Shown here piece by piece: positions 31,823-41,520 of a DNA stretch of 64,000 bases. Under the pieces are notes generated by a model. That model worked only from the letters and a program-made list of their open reading frames with translations. It did not search any database and was not told where the DNA came from. The position numbers and the translations under genes are program-made. Origin of the DNA: Candidatus Moraniibacteriota bacterium. Its GTDB lineage: Bacteria; Patescibacteriota; Minisyncoccia; Moranbacterales; GCA-2747515. Positions within the stretch are counted from its first letter, which is position 1; every line of letters begins with the position of its first letter. The DNA lies in assembly GCA_027031495.1 (NCBI GenBank), contig JALVQA010000006.1, forward strand, positions 81,535-145,534, written 5' to 3'.

Positions 31823-32470
31823 CTAATTCGTCATTTTATACGCAGTTTCCGAGCCGTAAAAGTCAACCTCTTCATCATATGACATCTCACTCGCGAGGTA
31901 CTTTCGTCCGCCATCATCTACTTTCACGACATACTTGGACTGATCGTCACTGATCTCTTTTGCCTTTTTCTCGGCCTCCTCACGCGTCTCGTGAAATGAC
32001 TGGATATTCATCGGTTCATTTGTCCACTCTCCGATGACATAATACATATCTTTATGTTCAATATTCACGTCACCGATGTAATCTACTCCGTCATTCTCGG
32101 TCCTCACGCCCCACGTGATGCGACCCCTGAGCACTTCTGATGGAGAGAGTTCGGCTAACATCTCCTGCTCGGTTCCTGAAAATTCAGGATTGGATGAAAG
32201 TGAGTACACGAGTGCCCCGTTTTTTCGCGCTTCATCATATTGATCGGAGAACTGGACTGAAATGATTTCTACATTTTTCATAATTTTATGTTTACTTGAA
32301 TTATACCCCCCCCTCTTTTTTTCAACCACCGCACCGGTACCCGCGTGTGACAGTTGTATTTGTGGATGAGATCTGCGGCGCTTCGCTATTACTTCGCCCG
32401 TTCTCATCTTTACATCTCTAGTATAGCGTGCGCACGCTATATTGTCAACCCCTTTTGGTGTATAAAACAC
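31823..32470 (-). CDS. Phage hypothetical protein
   Basis: 215-aa ORF co-oriented in phage block. Confidence 0.4.
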   Translation of the reverse strand: MFYTPKGVDNIACARYTRDVKMRTGEVIAKRRRSHPQIQLSHAGTGAVVEKKRGGYNSSKHKIMKNVEIISVQFSDQYDEARKNGALVYSLSSNPEFSGTEQEMLAELSPSEVLRGRITWGVRTENDGVDYIGDVNIEHKDMYYVIGEWTNEPMNIQSFHETREEAEKKAKEISDDQSKYVVKVDDGGRKYLASEMSYDEEVDFYGSETAYKMTN

Positions 32471-32548
32471 AAAGTTCTCTGCGTGTCAAATGTGTGCGGA
32501 AAAATAGAAAACCACACGATGCACCACGCGCGCGGCACAGAAATGGCA

Positions 32549-32854
32549 CTAGGTCTTTACCACCAGCGCAAGTAATGCGGCAATCACACCGGTGATCACG
32601 ATCCACATGATGCGCTTGAGAGAACGCTCAGTCTCTTTTGACGCGTAGCGATCATCCGCATTGCGGATGAAGGTGGAGATATCGTCCAGCTTCTCGCTGA
32701 TGCGTTCTATATCTTTCTTTATATCTTGTATTGATAGTTCTGTTTTGCGCATAAAATTGGCCGTTTCTTTCGACGGGGACGACTGATTCCGGAAGCCCTG
32801 CGTGATCGCCGCAACAATGTCACTGCGTAAATTTTCTCGCTCTTCCCTGTTCAT
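32549..32854 (-). CDS. Phage small protein with C-terminal TM anchor
   Basis: 101 aa; C-terminal IMWIVITGVIAALLALVV. Confidence 0.4.
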   Translation of the reverse strand: MNREERENLRSDIVAAITQGFRNQSSPSKETANFMRKTELSIQDIKKDIERISEKLDDISTFIRNADDRYASKETERSLKRIMWIVITGVIAALLALVVKT

Positions 32855-32878
32855 GGTTTTTCCGGTGTCTTGAATGAA

Positions 32879-33592
32879 TCATAAAAGCCCTGCTTTTCTA
32901 TAAAAAATATAAGATAGATTTTTCACTTCTCGCATAGTTAGTGCGCGGTCATATATTCTAGCCACAGAAATTCTTCCGGAAAACCCGCCAGCATCATTTC
33001 CCATCACATTATATGGGTGTCCATCCGGTGTTATGTTGCCTGTTTGAGGGTTTTCATCGAAAAGATCACCCCAATGAAACAGTTTCCAACCCATGATAGG
33101 ATCATACGTTACAGCGGCGAACACCCACTCTCCGGCGGTAACTTCAGGTCCAGTAACGACATTATTCCAGCCGACGCCCTGACTCAATCTTATCGTATAT
33201 TGATTGTTTTGTACCACATCACCAAATGTCATAATGAGTTGGCTTTCTCCTTGAAAGCAGAAAATTCTTTGAAAATGATCAAATGGACCATCCGTATTGA
33301 AAAGCGCCAATAACGTGAATGAACTATTTCCATCGAATATTCCGATTCTTTCAAAATTTACTGCATCATCCATACCATCAAAATCTAGCGCCAACAATGA
33401 GCCATACCCATTCACCGCTGTTGCACCAACAATTGTGCCATTATTATTTTTGCCGGATACATCTATGACAGTATTTGATGCGATTTGTGCGAAATCAAAG
33501 TCCAAAACAAGCCCATCTCTGATGTCGTAGAGATTCATTGGGAGCGCGCGTTTTTCTTTCAGCGCGACTGGTTTTAGCTTTACTTTTTCCAT
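32879..33592 (-). CDS. Phage protein with concanavalin-A/LamG-like lectin domain (receptor-binding candidate)
   Basis: DGMDDAVNFERIGIFDGNSSFTLLALF and trailing W/G-rich beta-sandwich pattern typical of LamG. Confidence 0.45.
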   Translation of the reverse strand: MEKVKLKPVALKEKRALPMNLYDIRDGLVLDFDFAQIASNTVIDVSGKNNNGTIVGATAVNGYGSLLALDFDGMDDAVNFERIGIFDGNSSFTLLALFNTDGPFDHFQRIFCFQGESQLIMTFGDVVQNNQYTIRLSQGVGWNNVVTGPEVTAGEWVFAAVTYDPIMGWKLFHWGDLFDENPQTGNITPDGHPYNVMGNDAGGFSGRISVARIYDRALTMREVKNLSYIFYRKAGLL

Positions 33593-33925
33593 TTACTTTA
33601 CATCCATTTTATGCACTTTTATTGTCACGGATGTTCCTGTTCCCGAAATATTATCGATTCTGAAATTGACATTTTGGGATTTGAAAATATCTAGTGTAAA
33701 CAGTTTACTTTTTGCGCCGGATACGATAACCGACTCACACTCGTTGTATCCATCGCCTGTCGCATTTAAAAGAAGCGGCGTAATTGTTGCTTTTGGTTCG
33801 GCTCCGCTCAAAATGACCTCGACAGGCACGCGTTTATATCCGATTCCTACACCTGTAGAAACCGATGGATTTGATGTGTCATCCGTTGTGACGTTTTCAC
33901 GAATTGTGATTGATTTTATACTCAT
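33593..33925 (-). CDS. Phage hypothetical structural protein
   Basis: 110 aa beta-rich. Confidence 0.4.
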   Translation of the reverse strand: MSIKSITIRENVTTDDTSNPSVSTGVGIGYKRVPVEVILSGAEPKATITPLLLNATGDGYNECESVIVSGAKSKLFTLDIFKSQNVNFRIDNISGTGTSVTIKVHKMDVK

Positions 33926-33933
33926 ATGTTTTT

Positions 33934-35016
33934 TTATCTGTTAACTTTTTTTGTGACATATTGCGCCAGGGTCTGCGCGACCGGCAGCACGGCAGCAGCA
34001 ATGGCGACGTTCTGGTCGGTCGCGAGGTATGAGAGGTACGCGACGGTGGCTGCCATGGCGAAGTTCACAAGCGTCCAGCCTGCACGCCTCCAGTCTTTCG
34101 CGGTGATGAGTGCAACCGCTTGCTCCGGCGTGATGCCCTGCTCTTTCTGTGTGCGCTGCATGTGCTTGAGTTTCGCCGTGAGCGATGCAATTTCGTCGGA
34201 GAGAGAACGGTTCAGTTTTTGGCACTCTGACAGCGAGATGTGCAGTGACTGCGTCTCGTCTTTCTTCTGCGCGTTTTTGAGTGCACGCTCCAGTGCGTCG
34301 GCTTGCTCGCTTACCTTGTCGCGTTCACGCGTGACGACAGCAATCTTGCCGTTGAGTGCGTCAATTTTCTCCGTGAGCATCCGTGCGATGTTTTTCTGCT
34401 CTCCCTCTGAGAGTTTTGCGCCGAAGTCTACGCCCAGCAGATGCTTGAGCGTTGTGCGCAATTCTGTGATGAGTGGTTGTGTCATATCTTTTTTGTTACT
34501 TTTTACATTTTCATCATCTTCTTGGACCACAATCATCCGTCCCCACTTCCCGTTGCTGCCGCGCCCGGTATATGTGTGGATAACGGTCCCGGATTTCACG
34601 CAGTACACAGGCGCGTCATAGTCCGCGTTCCCGGCGCCTTTGCCGTTTTCGTCCAATCCCGGATGGAAACACGGCGCTTTTGCGCGTGCAAATGGGATGC
34701 GGTTAGAATTGGATGCGTAGTCCCAATACTGCAGCCAGCCCAGTCCCAGGTGGTCAAAGCCCTTCCCAAGTGCCTTTGGGTACTTTCGCGGATCCGCGAA
34801 CCACTCCTGCACTTTCTGCTTGCTCCAGCCAATGCAGTAGAAGTTCCAGTTTTTCTGTCCGTTTGCGAGCGTCGGGAAGCGCCTCGGATGATCCCGATGC
34901 GTGTGAGCATACCACTGACCATTCGCCGTGCCGTTGGTGCCGATTTTCTGCCCCACCAAAACCCGGTCCCCGACCTTGACGTATACGTGATTCAGATGTG
35001 CGTAGCGGGTGTACAT
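33934..35016 (-). CDS. Phage protein with M23/LytM-like peptidase motifs (HxH then HxxxD, apparently permuted), coiled coil and C-terminal TM
   Basis: N-term YAHLNHVYVKVGDRVLVGQKIGTNGTANG..YAHTH; later CFHPGLDENGKGAG..APVYCVKSGTVIH; coiled coil; C-terminal TM TLVNFAMAATVAYLSYL. Confidence 0.4.
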   Translation of the reverse strand: MYTRYAHLNHVYVKVGDRVLVGQKIGTNGTANGQWYAHTHRDHPRRFPTLANGQKNWNFYCIGWSKQKVQEWFADPRKYPKALGKGFDHLGLGWLQYWDYASNSNRIPFARAKAPCFHPGLDENGKGAGNADYDAPVYCVKSGTVIHTYTGRGSNGKWGRMIVVQEDDENVKSNKKDMTQPLITELRTTLKHLLGVDFGAKLSEGEQKNIARMLTEKIDALNGKIAVVTRERDKVSEQADALERALKNAQKKDETQSLHISLSECQKLNRSLSDEIASLTAKLKHMQRTQKEQGITPEQAVALITAKDWRRAGWTLVNFAMAATVAYLSYLATDQNVAIAAAVLPVAQTLAQYVTKKVNR

Positions 35017-35029
35017 ATACTATATCCAA

Positions 35030-35587
35030 CTATTGCTTTGAGATTAGCATTTTGAGATTTTTATAACCGATTGAGCCGGATGCGTTTGAATTTTTGGCGG
35101 TCAGTTTGATAGTTACGGTCTTTGCTGTTGTAAAATCTGCTGTTGCATAAAGAACATCATTTGTGGCAGACCATTGTCTATCACTTGCTTTCCGCGTCCA
35201 GTCCACACTGACACCGTCAATGTACAGGTACACATATGCATCAAACGCATACCCAAGATTACTAATCACCTGTGCGTCCAAACGCGCTTGAACTATCAAC
35301 TTGTCCCCGGCGTTTACTGACACAGTAGTGGTCATATCGGTGAGGTCGTGCTCCGATGTATCGCCAGTTACTGTTGTGCTCGTATTTGTTGCGTATTCTT
35401 TTACGAACTGCATTACGCCCATAGTACCAAGTTTATGCGTCCCGTCGGGGTTGTGTTCGGCTTTGAATGTGTCCCAGTTTTCGTTCACCTTCGCGCTCTC
35501 TATCTTTGTTTTTGGAACGAATGAATTGATCGTCATATCTTTCGCAATAAAAAAGAGCCCGACAGGTGTGTCGTAACACACCATCAT
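35030..35587 (-). CDS. Phage hypothetical structural protein
   Basis: 185 aa, beta-rich. Confidence 0.4.
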   Translation of the reverse strand: MMVCYDTPVGLFFIAKDMTINSFVPKTKIESAKVNENWDTFKAEHNPDGTHKLGTMGVMQFVKEYATNTSTTVTGDTSEHDLTDMTTTVSVNAGDKLIVQARLDAQVISNLGYAFDAYVYLYIDGVSVDWTRKASDRQWSATNDVLYATADFTTAKTVTIKLTAKNSNASGSIGYKNLKMLISKQ

Positions 35588-35629
35588 CGGACTCGTAAGT
35601 CGTCTTATTTGTTTTCAGTATATCACACT

Positions 35630-36028
35630 CTAGTCCGCTTTGTCTATAAAAATACGGTAGGTGTAGTCTATGATCACATCCGGGTCCCCGGCGCCGTAGT
35701 CGTCATAGAAAAATATCAGATAGATGTTCGTTGCGTCACAATTAAGCGCCCAGGAGATCTCCGTTCCGATAACGAAGTCCCACGTCGGCATCGGGAAGTA
35801 ATATGTATCAAAGTAGTTGCCGTTGCGGTCCTTTGCGGCCGCCTGAAAGATTGGTCGGTAGCCGAGATTGTGCGCGACCGTCACTGTGTGATTGGCGCCG
35901 TCCACCGGCACAGTCAGAGAACCGCTGCCGGTAAGTGTGCGCTTGAGGTTGGGGTAGCGGTTGTCTGTGACAGTATAGCGGCCGTCTGCGGTGCGTGCGT
36001 CGTGTGATGCGAGAGATGCTCTGAACAT
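35630..36028 (-). CDS. Phage tail-fibre-like module protein (one copy of HNLGY repeat module)
   Basis: Shares ~100-aa module with next ORF (..TVAHNLGYRPIF..). Confidence 0.4.
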   Translation of the reverse strand: MFRASLASHDARTADGRYTVTDNRYPNLKRTLTGSGSLTVPVDGANHTVTVAHNLGYRPIFQAAAKDRNGNYFDTYYFPMPTWDFVIGTEISWALNCDATNIYLIFFYDDYGAGDPDVIIDYTYRIFIDKAD

Positions 36029-36029
36029 A

Positions 36030-36755
36030 TCATTTGAAAATTACATAGTAGACGATGTCGCCGGGATTCAGGTAGAAGTGTGCTGCATTTGCGTCGTAGC
36101 CGATCCACTTGAAGTACTGCAAATATGATGTTCCGGACTCCTGAATGAATGCGAGTGCCTGCGAGACATAGCCGAGGTTGTGTGTAATGCTGGATGCTGT
36201 CGTGGATCCCTTCATATGCACATTGGCGCAGCCGTATTTGGAGTGCATGCACAGCTGCTCATCAGTGCAGATGAGCACATCATAGCCCTGCTTGCTGATT
36301 TTGATGCCGTAATCATCGTTGCCGCCGGTCTGCGTCGTCGCTGACGCCACAGCAGATGTGAATGCACTGAAGTCGTCCACAAATTGGTACACGGTGAAGT
36401 ATACCGTGTCGCCGTTGTTGCTGAAACCCTGATCAAAAAACTCATCCACGACAATCTCCAGATAGTTCGGATAGACTTCCACAGTGAGCGGCAGCACATT
36501 GTCCGAAAACATGAACGACTTGTTCGTGCCGATTGTCGTGGAGCCGTTGTAGATGACGAAGCACGGCGCAAAATACCCGAGGTTGTGCGTCACGCGGATG
36601 CGGTTGTCGGCTGCGCCGGACGCCGGGATGGTCGTGGAGACGTGCGTGACTGAGAATACCTTCAGCGACGGCATATCTGATGACACGACGAGCTCCTGCG
36701 GCGCCGCCGTAAATACATCATATCCTTTTTGACTGACTTTGATGCCATATCCCAT
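36030..36755 (-). CDS. Phage tail-fibre-like protein with two tandem HNLGY modules
   Basis: YGIKVSQKGYDV...RVTHNLGYFAP and YGIKISKQGYDV...SITHNLGYVSQ. Confidence 0.45.
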   Translation of the reverse strand: MGYGIKVSQKGYDVFTAAPQELVVSSDMPSLKVFSVTHVSTTIPASGAADNRIRVTHNLGYFAPCFVIYNGSTTIGTNKSFMFSDNVLPLTVEVYPNYLEIVVDEFFDQGFSNNGDTVYFTVYQFVDDFSAFTSAVASATTQTGGNDDYGIKISKQGYDVLICTDEQLCMHSKYGCANVHMKGSTTASSITHNLGYVSQALAFIQESGTSYLQYFKWIGYDANAAHFYLNPGDIVYYVIFK

Positions 36756-36757
36756 AC

Positions 36758-37099
36758 TTATGTGAGGTTACCGATGACGACGCGGTTCGTGGTCCCGTCG
36801 TGGACCACGATGCGCTTGTTCGCCGCGTCCAAGATGAGTGTAGAATCGCCGATGGTGATCTTGTTTGCGTTCCCATCTATCACGATACCGTTGACGGTGA
36901 TTTTGTTGTTTGCGCCATCTATGACGGTAGAGCCGTTCGCGAGTTCTATCTTTGTGCCGGTTACTTTCAGGTCATAGTTGGACGGATCCGATCCGCTAAC
37001 CATTTCAAACTTGCCATTGACAATCTTCAAATAGCCCGGGTGGCTGCTGCCGCCGAGCGTGAGCGAGTACGCGGATTGGTTCATCTTAACAAACGGCAT
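36758..37099 (-). CDS. Phage beta-helix repeat protein (tail needle/fibre-like)
   Basis: Repeats NGSTVIDGANNKITVNGIVIDGNANKITIGDSTLILDAANKRIVVHDGTTNRVVIG. Confidence 0.4.
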   Translation of the reverse strand: MPFVKMNQSAYSLTLGGSSHPGYLKIVNGKFEMVSGSDPSNYDLKVTGTKIELANGSTVIDGANNKITVNGIVIDGNANKITIGDSTLILDAANKRIVVHDGTTNRVVIGNLT

Positions 37100-37103
37100 A
37101 GTG

Positions 37104-38300
37104 CTATGTGGTTACGGTTGTTGTTATCGGCGCTCCGGCTGCCATAAAGAGCTCCTGGTTGCGCTTCACCGTCGCGAGGTTGTGCGCCACACTCGGCAAG
37201 CGGTCCGAGACCTCTACGGTGATGTGCGTTCCGCGGTACGTGATGCGCTTCACAACAAGCACGCTATCAAACACCTCGTTCGGATGCGCATCCCAGTAAC
37301 TCTCGTCCCAGTTGTCCTCATCCCACCGCGTGCCGTCATTGCTTCCAGCACGGTCCTTGATGCGGATAGAGTCACCCGGCTTAATACTCTCTATATCATA
37401 ACCGCGACTACTGAATGCATCGTCCAACACATCAAACCGCACCTCCATATCCACAGACGGCGAGAGGTGCGAGTTCGCGATGTAGTTGATACTTGTGGTG
37501 GACGTGAGGCGTCCGTCTATGACGACGCGCTGGCGCTTGCCGTATGTGTCAATGGACGCCTGCGACTTGCTGCGCGCCACAATCTGCTCTTCCCCGTCCG
37601 GCGTGCCGCCAATGATGAGCACATCGTTGATGACATTATCCATCTTGGATGTGAATTCCAGGTTTTGAATCTCACGGCCCAGCGTGAGGATGTGGTCCGG
37701 CGTCGTGCGCACTTGCCGGATGTGCGCCTTGCGTGTGGCGTCCACATACCAGTACCAATCGTTCGGCAGCCGCTCCATAATCTTCTCTACCGCATCCAGC
37801 ACATACGCACCGTTCACAGAGAGATCTGCGCTCACGCCGCTGGTCTCTATCGTCCCGGCGTTGATGTTGCCGCCGGAGAGTGTGATGAGGTGCGAGAATA
37901 GCTCTGTCGGGTCGTCACCGGTTGCCATAAGGCCCGTTGTGCCATCGGAGAGCTCCACGAGCCGCACGGCCCACTCCTGCACATAGCCGACGCATTCTAT
38001 ACTCACTTGTGACTTCTCCGTGCCAATCACAGAGTTCACGCGCATAATGCGGCCACTGTAGACCTTCGTGCCGCCGTTTTTCTCAGTCACGACGATATGG
38101 TTTCCCGGGATGAGGTCGTTGCAGGTGTACACTTTGGACCGGTGGCGGTTTATGGTGAGGCGCAGCGCGCCGAGCCCACCGTTGACATCATACGCGAACA
38201 CCGGGTGATGATCCGCCACATCCGACAATACACCAACGACATTCCAGCTGAAGTCGTAGATCTTGTACTCGTACTGCTTTGTTTTCGTAATCGTCGTCAT
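37104..38300 (-). CDS. Phage tail protein (Tal/baseplate-hub-like by position)
   Basis: 398 aa, second gene after TMP. Confidence 0.4.
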   Translation of the reverse strand: MTTITKTKQYEYKIYDFSWNVVGVLSDVADHHPVFAYDVNGGLGALRLTINRHRSKVYTCNDLIPGNHIVVTEKNGGTKVYSGRIMRVNSVIGTEKSQVSIECVGYVQEWAVRLVELSDGTTGLMATGDDPTELFSHLITLSGGNINAGTIETSGVSADLSVNGAYVLDAVEKIMERLPNDWYWYVDATRKAHIRQVRTTPDHILTLGREIQNLEFTSKMDNVINDVLIIGGTPDGEEQIVARSKSQASIDTYGKRQRVVIDGRLTSTTSINYIANSHLSPSVDMEVRFDVLDDAFSSRGYDIESIKPGDSIRIKDRAGSNDGTRWDEDNWDESYWDAHPNEVFDSVLVVKRITYRGTHITVEVSDRLPSVAHNLATVKRNQELFMAAGAPITTTVTT

Positions 38301-39040
38301 AGATAGAGAGGATAGTACTCTACGCTCGCGTCATAGTTCACAGCGTCAGCGGTGATGGTGATGCCGAGTGTGTTGTTGCCGGTTGTCCACGCCGGAATAA
38401 TGCCGTCGTAGTCTACAGTCGTACCGTTCACCGTCACCTCCAGAGTGTCGGCATCTACCACGATGACATCCGACGCAGCGAGTGTGCGCGTGAGCGTAAT
38501 CGTGTCGCTTCCGACGGTGATTGCGATGGCTGTGCCGTTCGTTACGGAGTTGATTGTCACCGTTATTTTTGGTGCTGGTGGTGCCGTACCGGTCACGGCA
38601 ATCGTCTCGGAGAGTGCGGCCGTCTTACCGGTGTAGCTCTGTGTTGTTTTACTCTGTGCGCGGCCATAGCCGAGAACGACAAAGTGCGCGACAACTTCCA
38701 CCAGCGTGATATCTTGCGGCTTGCGCACCGGTGAGAGCGATACGCACACGGCCGGGTACACGCGCGTCGTGCCGTTGTACGATACGGAGAGATTATCCTC
38801 CACGCCTACGAGTGACTGCTTCACGCTGTCTATGAGCGCGTCCAGCGCATTTGCATCGGCAGCGGAGAGCGTCAGGCGCACCTGGACATCACGCTTCACT
38901 GTGCGCGCATCTATGACACGCGCATTGCCGTGCGCGTTGTTCTCCACCTGGACATTGAGCGGTGATGACTCCCACGCCATCTCAACTGTGGCGATGCCAC
39001 CGCTCTGCAGGTCTAATCCGTTGAATGATATTGCTCGCAT
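38297..39040 (-). CDS. Phage distal tail protein (Dit-like by position)
   Basis: 247 aa immediately downstream of TMP, overlapping stops/starts. Confidence 0.4.
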   Translation of the reverse strand: MRAISFNGLDLQSGGIATVEMAWESSPLNVQVENNAHGNARVIDARTVKRDVQVRLTLSAADANALDALIDSVKQSLVGVEDNLSVSYNGTTRVYPAVCVSLSPVRKPQDITLVEVVAHFVVLGYGRAQSKTTQSYTGKTAALSETIAVTGTAPPAPKITVTINSVTNGTAIAITVGSDTITLTRTLAASDVIVVDADTLEVTVNGTTVDYDGIIPAWTTGNNTLGITITADAVNYDASVEYYPLYL

Positions 39041-39076
39041 TTTTTTTGCTAGTAATTATTTGCTAGTAAAACAGGA

Positions 39077-40831
39077 CTACCGCACACCGAGTGTCGCCAG
39101 CCGGTAGTCATCCGCCAGTGCCGTGCGCACGCGGTCAATGAGTGTCTCGTCCGTGAGTGTTGCACCGCGCAGATCTATGTTGACCGTCACGCCAGGCGCT
39201 GATTGCACAGCATCGCGTGGCTGCTCTATGCGCCCAGACTGCGTTGGCACGAACATCTCCGGACCATTCTCTCCCACCATATATGGCCGCCCGGCTGTTA
39301 CGGTACCACCGGTGGCACGGCGTGAGAAATTGAACTCCTTAATGTTTGGAAGTCCGGGAATACGGTTATACGAGCGAATTGCTTTATTTACAAGTCGTCC
39401 AATAATACCAAGTTTCCGACGAATCCAGTCCATAGCACCAGAGAATGCATTTTTTATTGCACTTCCCATTCTCTGAAATGCTCGGCTGATACTCCCAGCT
39501 ACTGCTGCACCAAAACGTTTAACCTTGTCCCAATTTTTGATGATAAGGTATGCTCCAGCGACAATTCCGGTGATGATTGCCCCACCAATAAGAAACGGTG
39601 CTGCTGCAGCAGCAACAGGAGCAAAAGCCGCCGCTACAGCAAGGAGTGACCGAACAAGCGTTCCGCTGAGAATGCTGGATATTTTTAGAAAGCCGCCTGT
39701 TAAACGTCCAACGTTGCCGATAATGCTAACAAATGATATAGCAGATGTTGCAACTTTCAGTGCCTCCCACGCTGCTACGGCATATAAAATCGCCTTCCCA
39801 TTATCCACAAGAAAAACAGTCAATTTTCCTATCGCAGGGAGCATCTTGTTGAATATGATATCGGCCGTAGATTTAAGTCTATTCAATATTCCACGCGGAC
39901 CACCAAGTTCATCAACGAGTTTCTTTGCGCCATCAATTGCTTTCTTCATCCACACAATCATCTCGTTAGCAATTTTTTCTTTGTTTGCACTCAACCAACC
40001 CATCATATCCTCTGCGGACTTTTTCAACATCGCAAAAATAGATCCCTCTCTTATGTCACCACGCTGATTAATTCCGACAATTTCTCGTGCAATATTCCCT
40101 ATATCATCGCGTAGATTTGACATAATTCCATTGAACGATTTACTCTGACGCTCCATTCCCTGAAAGAACAAACCTCCCTCACTCGTCATGCGGCGCAGTG
40201 CATCAGTGACATTATCGGATGTAACTTTGCCTGATGATATCATCTTTTCCAACTCTCCACGCGTGACTCCGAATATCTTTTGCAATTCGCCACCTAAATT
40301 GACACCTGCCTCAGTGAATTGAAGCAATTCTTGTCCCATCAACTTGCCCTTTGCCTGGACCTGCCCAAATGCAGTGATGAGTTGCGGTAATTTATCTGTG
40401 CCAACACCGGACGCAATATCACCCAACATCTTGAATGTTGGAATAATTTTTTCTGCTGAAATATTATACGCAAGTAATCTCTTTGAGCCTTCAACAACTT
40501 GCGGAAGGTCAAATGGTGTCTTTGATGCAAAGTCGGAAATACGCTTTAAAAGCGAACTTGCTTCATCTGCACTTCCAAGCATTGACTCAAAAGCGATGCG
40601 GTTCTGCTCAAATTGCGCAGCGCTACGTACAGCGAAAAAACCTGCAGTCGTCATACTTCCGGCAAGTCCAGCAAGAGCATACTTCGCAGCATTCGCAGCG
40701 CGACCAATAAGCCCAAGTTCCTTCTCAAAGCGACTTCCAAGTCGCCCTGCCGTCGCATTGAGCTTGTCTAATTCACGCATCGCATTGTTCCGCGCGTCTA
40801 TGACGATTTGTAGTTTTGCTGTCTTTTCCAT
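39077..40831 (-). CDS. Tail tape measure protein
   Basis: 584 aa, coiled-coil rich with G/A-rich hydrophobic segment AVAAAFAPVAAAAAPFLIGGAIITGIVAGAYLII; sits between chaperone-like gene and Dit. Confidence 0.8.
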   Translation of the reverse strand: MEKTAKLQIVIDARNNAMRELDKLNATAGRLGSRFEKELGLIGRAANAAKYALAGLAGSMTTAGFFAVRSAAQFEQNRIAFESMLGSADEASSLLKRISDFASKTPFDLPQVVEGSKRLLAYNISAEKIIPTFKMLGDIASGVGTDKLPQLITAFGQVQAKGKLMGQELLQFTEAGVNLGGELQKIFGVTRGELEKMISSGKVTSDNVTDALRRMTSEGGLFFQGMERQSKSFNGIMSNLRDDIGNIAREIVGINQRGDIREGSIFAMLKKSAEDMMGWLSANKEKIANEMIVWMKKAIDGAKKLVDELGGPRGILNRLKSTADIIFNKMLPAIGKLTVFLVDNGKAILYAVAAWEALKVATSAISFVSIIGNVGRLTGGFLKISSILSGTLVRSLLAVAAAFAPVAAAAAPFLIGGAIITGIVAGAYLIIKNWDKVKRFGAAVAGSISRAFQRMGSAIKNAFSGAMDWIRRKLGIIGRLVNKAIRSYNRIPGLPNIKEFNFSRRATGGTVTAGRPYMVGENGPEMFVPTQSGRIEQPRDAVQSAPGVTVNIDLRGATLTDETLIDRVRTALADDYRLATLGVR

Positions 40832-40997
40832 TTTTCCTCTTCTTCCTTTCTTACTTTCTCAACCTCCTCAATATACACTTCTGCAGTTGTTATAAATTCC
40901 CGCGGCGCAGTATCGTATTCCTGACTACTCCATCCCATCGCCTTACATATCAGCACCTTTCGGACAATAGGATCTGGTGATTCTACCCGACAACCTC

Positions 40998-41369
40998 TCA
41001 GGAGTCCTGAGAATTGTTGCCGGACTCGCCTTTTTTTTCGTGATCCTCAGAAATATCATCACTGCCTATACTATCAACGATGTCATAGATCTCCCGTGCC
41101 TGATTACTTGGCAGTGCGCCGATTCGATCTATGATATTTTCATTTGAATCGTCAAATGAAACAATGAGCATCTCTAGCGCTTTATTTTGCGCATCCTTCA
41201 CAACACTCGCAGAAAATGTAACCTCACGCTCCTGCGCACTCGTTAGCCGTACATTTTGCGCATCCAAGAAAATTCTTTCAAGAGCATCATTTTCCGCTCC
41301 TGTTATATATGTATAGATTTCAAGGGTTTTACCACTTGAAAGTTTCACCTTTTTTGTTGGTCGCTCCAT
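40998..41369 (-). CDS. Tail assembly chaperone-like small acidic protein (by position)
   Basis: 123 aa, acidic C-terminus, between major tail and TMP genes. Confidence 0.35.
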   Translation of the reverse strand: MERPTKKVKLSSGKTLEIYTYITGAENDALERIFLDAQNVRLTSAQEREVTFSASVVKDAQNKALEMLIVSFDDSNENIIDRIGALPSNQAREIYDIVDSIGSDDISEDHEKKGESGNNSQDS

Positions 41370-41520
41370 AGTTTTTTCTTACCTCCAATTAAAAAAGACC
41401 TCGCACGCGGAGGTCGTAACTTCCGCGCATGAGGTCCGTAGACGCTTGTCTTTGTCTCCAGTATACCACACTAATCAATTCTGTGCTATCCTGGAGTATA
41501 ATCACATAACTGGAGGTGAT

